A stretch of DNA of 64,000 nucleotides from Phycisphaerae bacterium (lineage in GTDB: Bacteria; Planctomycetota; Phycisphaerae; UBA1845): NCBI GenBank assembly GCA_963666835.2, contig CAXXGO010000005.1:96001-160000 (forward strand), in the 5' to 3' direction. This document shows, in pieces, positions 62,495-64,000 of this stretch. Each line of letters starts with the position of its first letter. Within the stretch, counting starts at the first letter, position 1. The translations under genes were made by a program, and so were the position numbers. The notes below the pieces were generated by a model. The model was not told the DNA's origin. It worked only from the letters and a program-made list of their open reading frames with translations, and did not search any database.

Positions 62495-64000
62495 TTACTT
62501 GCACACCCCGCGGTGGCATCTGTTGGAGCAGCATTCAGCGTCAAGGGTGCATACTTCACCGCGTGGCAGACACGAGCACGCCGGATCACCATCGCAATCG
62601 GTATCATCGCAATCGGTATAGTTGTCGCAGTCGTTGTCGACTCCATCGGTGCAACTGGTTTCGGTTGAGGGCGGTGTTCCACAATCCGCGGGACAGTTAC
62701 ATTGGTCTTCACCGGCATCGCAGGTGCCGTCACCGCAGTACGGGGCCGATCCGCAATCGATCGCGCAGTTGTAGCTGTCCTCAGCACCCTCGCAGGTCAG
62801 GTCGCCGCAGCAGTAGGATTCGCCGGGCGTATCGCTGCAATCGAAGCCGTCACTAGTGCACCGCGAGTCCGAACACCCGACGGGGTTCGATCCGTCTCCG
62901 TCCCCGCAGCAGAAGCGTCCCGAGGGTTTCCCGGTCTGTACGCCGTTGCAGTCTTCGGGGCACGATACGCAATCCTCGCCGCTGCTCGGCTCGCACACGC
63001 CGTTGCCGCATGCACCGCCCACACCACTGATGCAATCGCTGGGGCAGTTATAGCAGTCCTCTCCTGACTCACAGGTGCCGTCGCCGTCACAGATGCACGC
63101 GGGATCGGAGCTGCAATCGTCGTCATCGCAGTCCGTGCCGTTGTCGCAGTCGTTGTCGACGCCATCGTTGCAATTGGTTTCAGTTGAAGGCGGGGTTCCG
63201 CAATCGGCGGGGCAGTTGCACTGGTCTTCACCGGAATCGCAGGTCCCGTCTCCGCAGAAACTCGAGCCGGACACCAGCGTATCAACGTACGCGGCCCCGG
63301 TGCTGCCCGGATCAAGCCAGTCGCTCAGACGCGACGAGGATGACCCGCCACCGGTCCAGGACACCGAGAACTTGCCGTACCAATCCGAGCTGTCATTGCC
63401 GCAGGCCGCATAACCCCCGTGCAACTGGCCGATCACGTGATGGTCCTGGTTGAACAACGGCGATCCCGAGGAGCCGCCCTCCGTCGTGCCCAGGTCCCAA
63501 TCGATAACCCGGACATGCGTGCCATCACCGGGTACTGTCGTGCTCAGGTAGCTTGTGGTCGTAGTGGAGTCGTACTCGAAGCTTATGCGTTTTTCGTCAC
63601 AACTGGGGTGGTGAATCGCCACGGCCGTGCTGGCATCCGCTCCCGTTCGATCCCAGCCGGCGTAAGTGATGTTCCAACTCGGATCCGGATCTTCGTCGAG
63701 TTCGACAAGCGTGAAATCGGAGTCGCCATACTCCGCCCGGAAGTACGAACCGGACTGCCAGTCGCTCAGGCTCCCGTCCGGCGTACCGCCGCAGGAGGAC
63801 GTTTCGTAGTTCCAATAGGCCACAAGCGACGACGCGTTGTATGACCGGATGCCGCAGTGGTACGCCGTCATGAAATAGGGCGTCTCGTCCTCCGCCGTGT
63901 TGTTGACCATGAATCCGGTGCAGAACAGGCTGCCACCTGTCGAGATCACGGCGACGGATGGGATCTCGTCCCACCAAGCGTCGCCTTCCGGGCAAACCAC
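62495..64000 (-). CDS. Trypsin-like serine protease with Cys/Asp-rich C-terminal repeats (5' end outside window)
   Basis: MTAYHC, HHPS, GGSSGSPLF; repeated CGDGTCD.GED..NCP.DC and DGVDNDCD. Confidence 0.92.
   Translation of the reverse strand: MVCPEGDAWWDEIPSVAVISTGGSLFCTGFMVNNTAEDETPYFMTAYHCGIRSYNASSLVAYWNYETSSCGGTPDGSLSDWQSGSYFRAEYGDSDFTLVELDEDPDPSWNITYAGWDRTGADASTAVAIHHPSCDEKRISFEYDSTTTTSYLSTTVPGDGTHVRVIDWDLGTTEGGSSGSPLFNQDHHVIGQLHGGYAACGNDSSDWYGKFSVSWTGGGSSSSRLSDWLDPGSTGAAYVDTLVSGSSFCGDGTCDSGEDQCNCPADCGTPPSTETNCNDGVDNDCDNGTDCDDDDCSSDPACICDGDGTCESGEDCYNCPSDCISGVGGACGNGVCEPSSGEDCVSCPEDCNGVQTGKPSGRFCCGDGDGSNPVGCSDSRCTSDGFDCSDTPGESYCCGDLTCEGAEDSYNCAIDCGSAPYCGDGTCDAGEDQCNCPADCGTPPSTETSCTDGVDNDCDNYTDCDDTDCDGDPACSCLPRGEVCTLDAECCSNRCHRGVCK

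Overview
GC-rich bacterial DNA whose gene content points to Planctomycetota, probably Phycisphaerae (inference from the ECF sigma/Ser-Thr kinase pair, CxxCG(Y/H)xLxG zinc-ribbon proteins, dockerin-like motifs and tRNAs without encoded CCA). Positions 1-26 kb are mostly housekeeping (M29 aminopeptidase, GroES-like, BtpA, S66 peptidase, aminotransferase, rnpA, clpX, RluA/RluD, DEAD helicase, sucD, histidine kinase), plus a small cluster of one secreted protein and two tandem lipoproteins punctuated by a ~127-bp inverted-repeat element. Between the inward-facing 3' ends of tRNA-Arg (26.2 kb) and tRNA-Gly (46.4 kb) lies a variable region. It holds three orphan Rhs C-terminal cassettes with near-identical cores, unrelated Cys-rich tips and unusual downstream partners (zinc-ribbon membrane proteins, an FGE-sulfatase protein). 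It also holds an IS1595 and an ISL3 element that each split a reconstructable gene, a DUF4143 ATPase and an integrase relic. Several families of short non-coding repeats mark most Rhs cassette junctions, and a fourth, mosaic Rhs remnant lies at ~50 kb. The right end has a secreted fibre-like protein/protease/small-partner operon divergent from an ECF-kinase pair, two tRNAs and a Cys-rich protease. All family assignments come from motif recognition by eye; no database searches were run.
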